From positions 1-35,731 of the forward strand of contig DAOLDO010000001.1 in NCBI GenBank assembly GCA_035327325.1: DNA of 35,731 nt, written 5' to 3'. The stretch comes from Chloroflexaceae bacterium (lineage in GTDB: Bacteria; Chloroflexota; Chloroflexia; Chloroflexales; Chloroflexaceae). The translations under genes and the position numbers were made by a program. Shown here one piece after another: positions 35,601 through 35,731 of this stretch (positions within the stretch are counted from its first letter, which is position 1; each line of letters starts with the position of its first letter). A model generated the notes under the pieces. That model made no database searches. It had not been told where the DNA came from and saw only the letters and a list, made by a program, of their open reading frames with translations.

Positions 35601-35731
35601 ACTGGGCCGCATTTGACCGCGACTATGTACGAGGCCGCGTAGCCCTCCCAACCTATCCATTTGAGCGTCACCGCTGCTGGATCGAGCTACCGGCGCTGAA
35701 TGCGCGCTGGCAGGCCGCTGCGCCGGCGGCC
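32678..35731 (+). CDS. type I polyketide synthase, N-terminal part (ACP-KS-AT...), 3' end outside the window
   Basis: The ORF is absent from the supplied track because it has no stop in the window. Hand translation from GTG 32678 (GGGAGG 8 nt upstream, 3 nt after the FAAL stop) is open for 1018 codons to 35731. Carrier domain: YGIPSSEAVVLSGDLGDWLGRRLSPTLLWEYPTIEALARHL, with the Ser codon at 32783-32785. KS starts at 32999 (EPIAIIGIGCRFPG; DTACSSS with Cys 33509-33511; HGTGTPLGDP; NIGHLEAAAG). AT starts at 34580 (FLFTGQGSQY; GHSVGE with Ser 34916-34918; HAFHS 35216-35230, a malonyl-type signature). Confidence 0.9.
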   Translation, partial: MDAIQAWLVTQLANLLGVEQGEIDIREPFAAYGIPSSEAVVLSGDLGDWLGRRLSPTLLWEYPTIEALARHLAEDVSTPGGEQGPQAAHQRQQFPSLAGATGRKVAREPIAIIGIGCRFPGASGPEAFWQLLREGRDAITEVPAMRWDLNTFYDTDPEQPGKLSTRWGGFLEHVDQFDPHFFGISPHEAARMDPQQRLLLEVSWEALEHAGLAPNRLYGSETGVFVGISSSDYSLFQLHDPALVDAYTGTGNAHSIAANRISYLLDLRGPSLAVDTACSSSLVAVHLACQSLRQQECSLALAGGVNLTLTPQLTVAFSKAQMMAADGRCKTFDAAADGYVRGEGCGVIILKRLSDALAEGDAIMAIILGSAVNQDGLSNGLTAPNGQAQQTVIRKALEQAGVNAPQIGYVETHGTGTPLGDPIEIRALTAVLGLNRAPDRTCAFGSVKTNIGHLEAAAGIAGLIKKILMGQQGGIPPHLHFKQLNPHISLDRERFFINTERQPWPAGRGARIAGVSSFGFGGTNAHVIVGEAPLTAASLPPAERPLHLLTLSAQSEAALRSLAGRYSEWLQEHQDASLADICFTANSGRLHFPHRLASATGSSSRLRDQLSAFAGGGEAPGLISGRLQQKQPPRVAFLFTGQGSQYVGMGRELYAMQPTFRDALDRCAELLKPHLGLDIRDVLYPERTENHQTFGTQTPSAGPQETAEAVPLDQTWLTQPALFALEYALAVLWQSWGVTPTAVLGHSVGEDVAACIAGVFPLEDGLRLVAARGRLMQMLTRPGEMVAVSATEAQVNASILPYADQVSIAAVNGPLDLVISGAREAVQAVVAELGASGVKTRRLAVSHAFHSPLMAPLLDAFEAVAAEVSCEPPRITLISNVTGRPYGEGQSPQPEYWRHHVRETVRFADGMEALAGQGCEIFLEVGPSATLLGMGQRCVLEGSGGWLPSLRKGRRDWEQLLASVAELYIRGVKVDWAAFDRDYVRGRVALPTYPFERHRCWIELPALNARWQAAAPAA

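Noticed and set aside
1-35731. Search for mobile elements, tRNA/rRNA genes, integrase or toxin-antitoxin/defence gene signatures
   Set aside because: I recognised no transposase or integrase motifs, no long terminal inverted repeats, no tRNA-like T-arm (GGTTCGA-type) contexts in intergenic DNA and no defence-system domains. The metal genes look chromosomally embedded rather than part of an obvious island, although base composition was not computed.

Overview
High-GC bacterial chromosomal window (about two-thirds G+C by eye) with strong GGAGG-type ribosome-binding sites. The gene content loosely suggests a Chloroflexota-like genome, but that is a low-confidence guess. I support about 35 protein-coding genes. 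I found no rRNA or tRNA, no CRISPR array and no transposase or integrase. Three themes stand out. (i) A dispersed copper/heavy-metal set: a MerE-like CPCH peptide, an OmpR-type two-component system, a SHOCT peptide plus a double-DUF305 Met-rich protein, a CopB-like P1B ATPase with an unusual CPD motif, a DUF2933/ICMT-like/methyltransferase operon, a TRASH(YHS)-HMA CopA with a cupredoxin partner, and two DUF3105 paralogues flanking a c-type cytochrome. (ii) Envelope and lipid genes: a CFA synthase translationally coupled to a patatin lipase, a PAP2 phosphatase, an ABC1/UbiB kinase, an L,D-transpeptidase and a HAMP-STAS sensor. (iii) From 25.3 to 35.7 kb, a divergent locus: HlyD adaptor plus methyltransferase on one strand, and FtsX permease, ABC ATPase, fatty acyl-AMP ligase and a type I PKS (ACP-KS-AT...) on the other. 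The PKS runs off the window and is missing from the supplied ORF track. The strongest signal not explained by genes is a set of seven promoter-proximal arrays of 3-4 CTCAG-type pentamers. They are spaced exactly 11 bp apart and always point toward the downstream operon. They sit upstream of both P-type ATPases, the DUF2933 operon, the ABC1 kinase, cfa-patatin and both arms of the exporter/PKS locus. They look like tandem boxes for an OmpR/PhoB-type response regulator, that is, a possible undescribed regulon code. Function is inferred, not shown.
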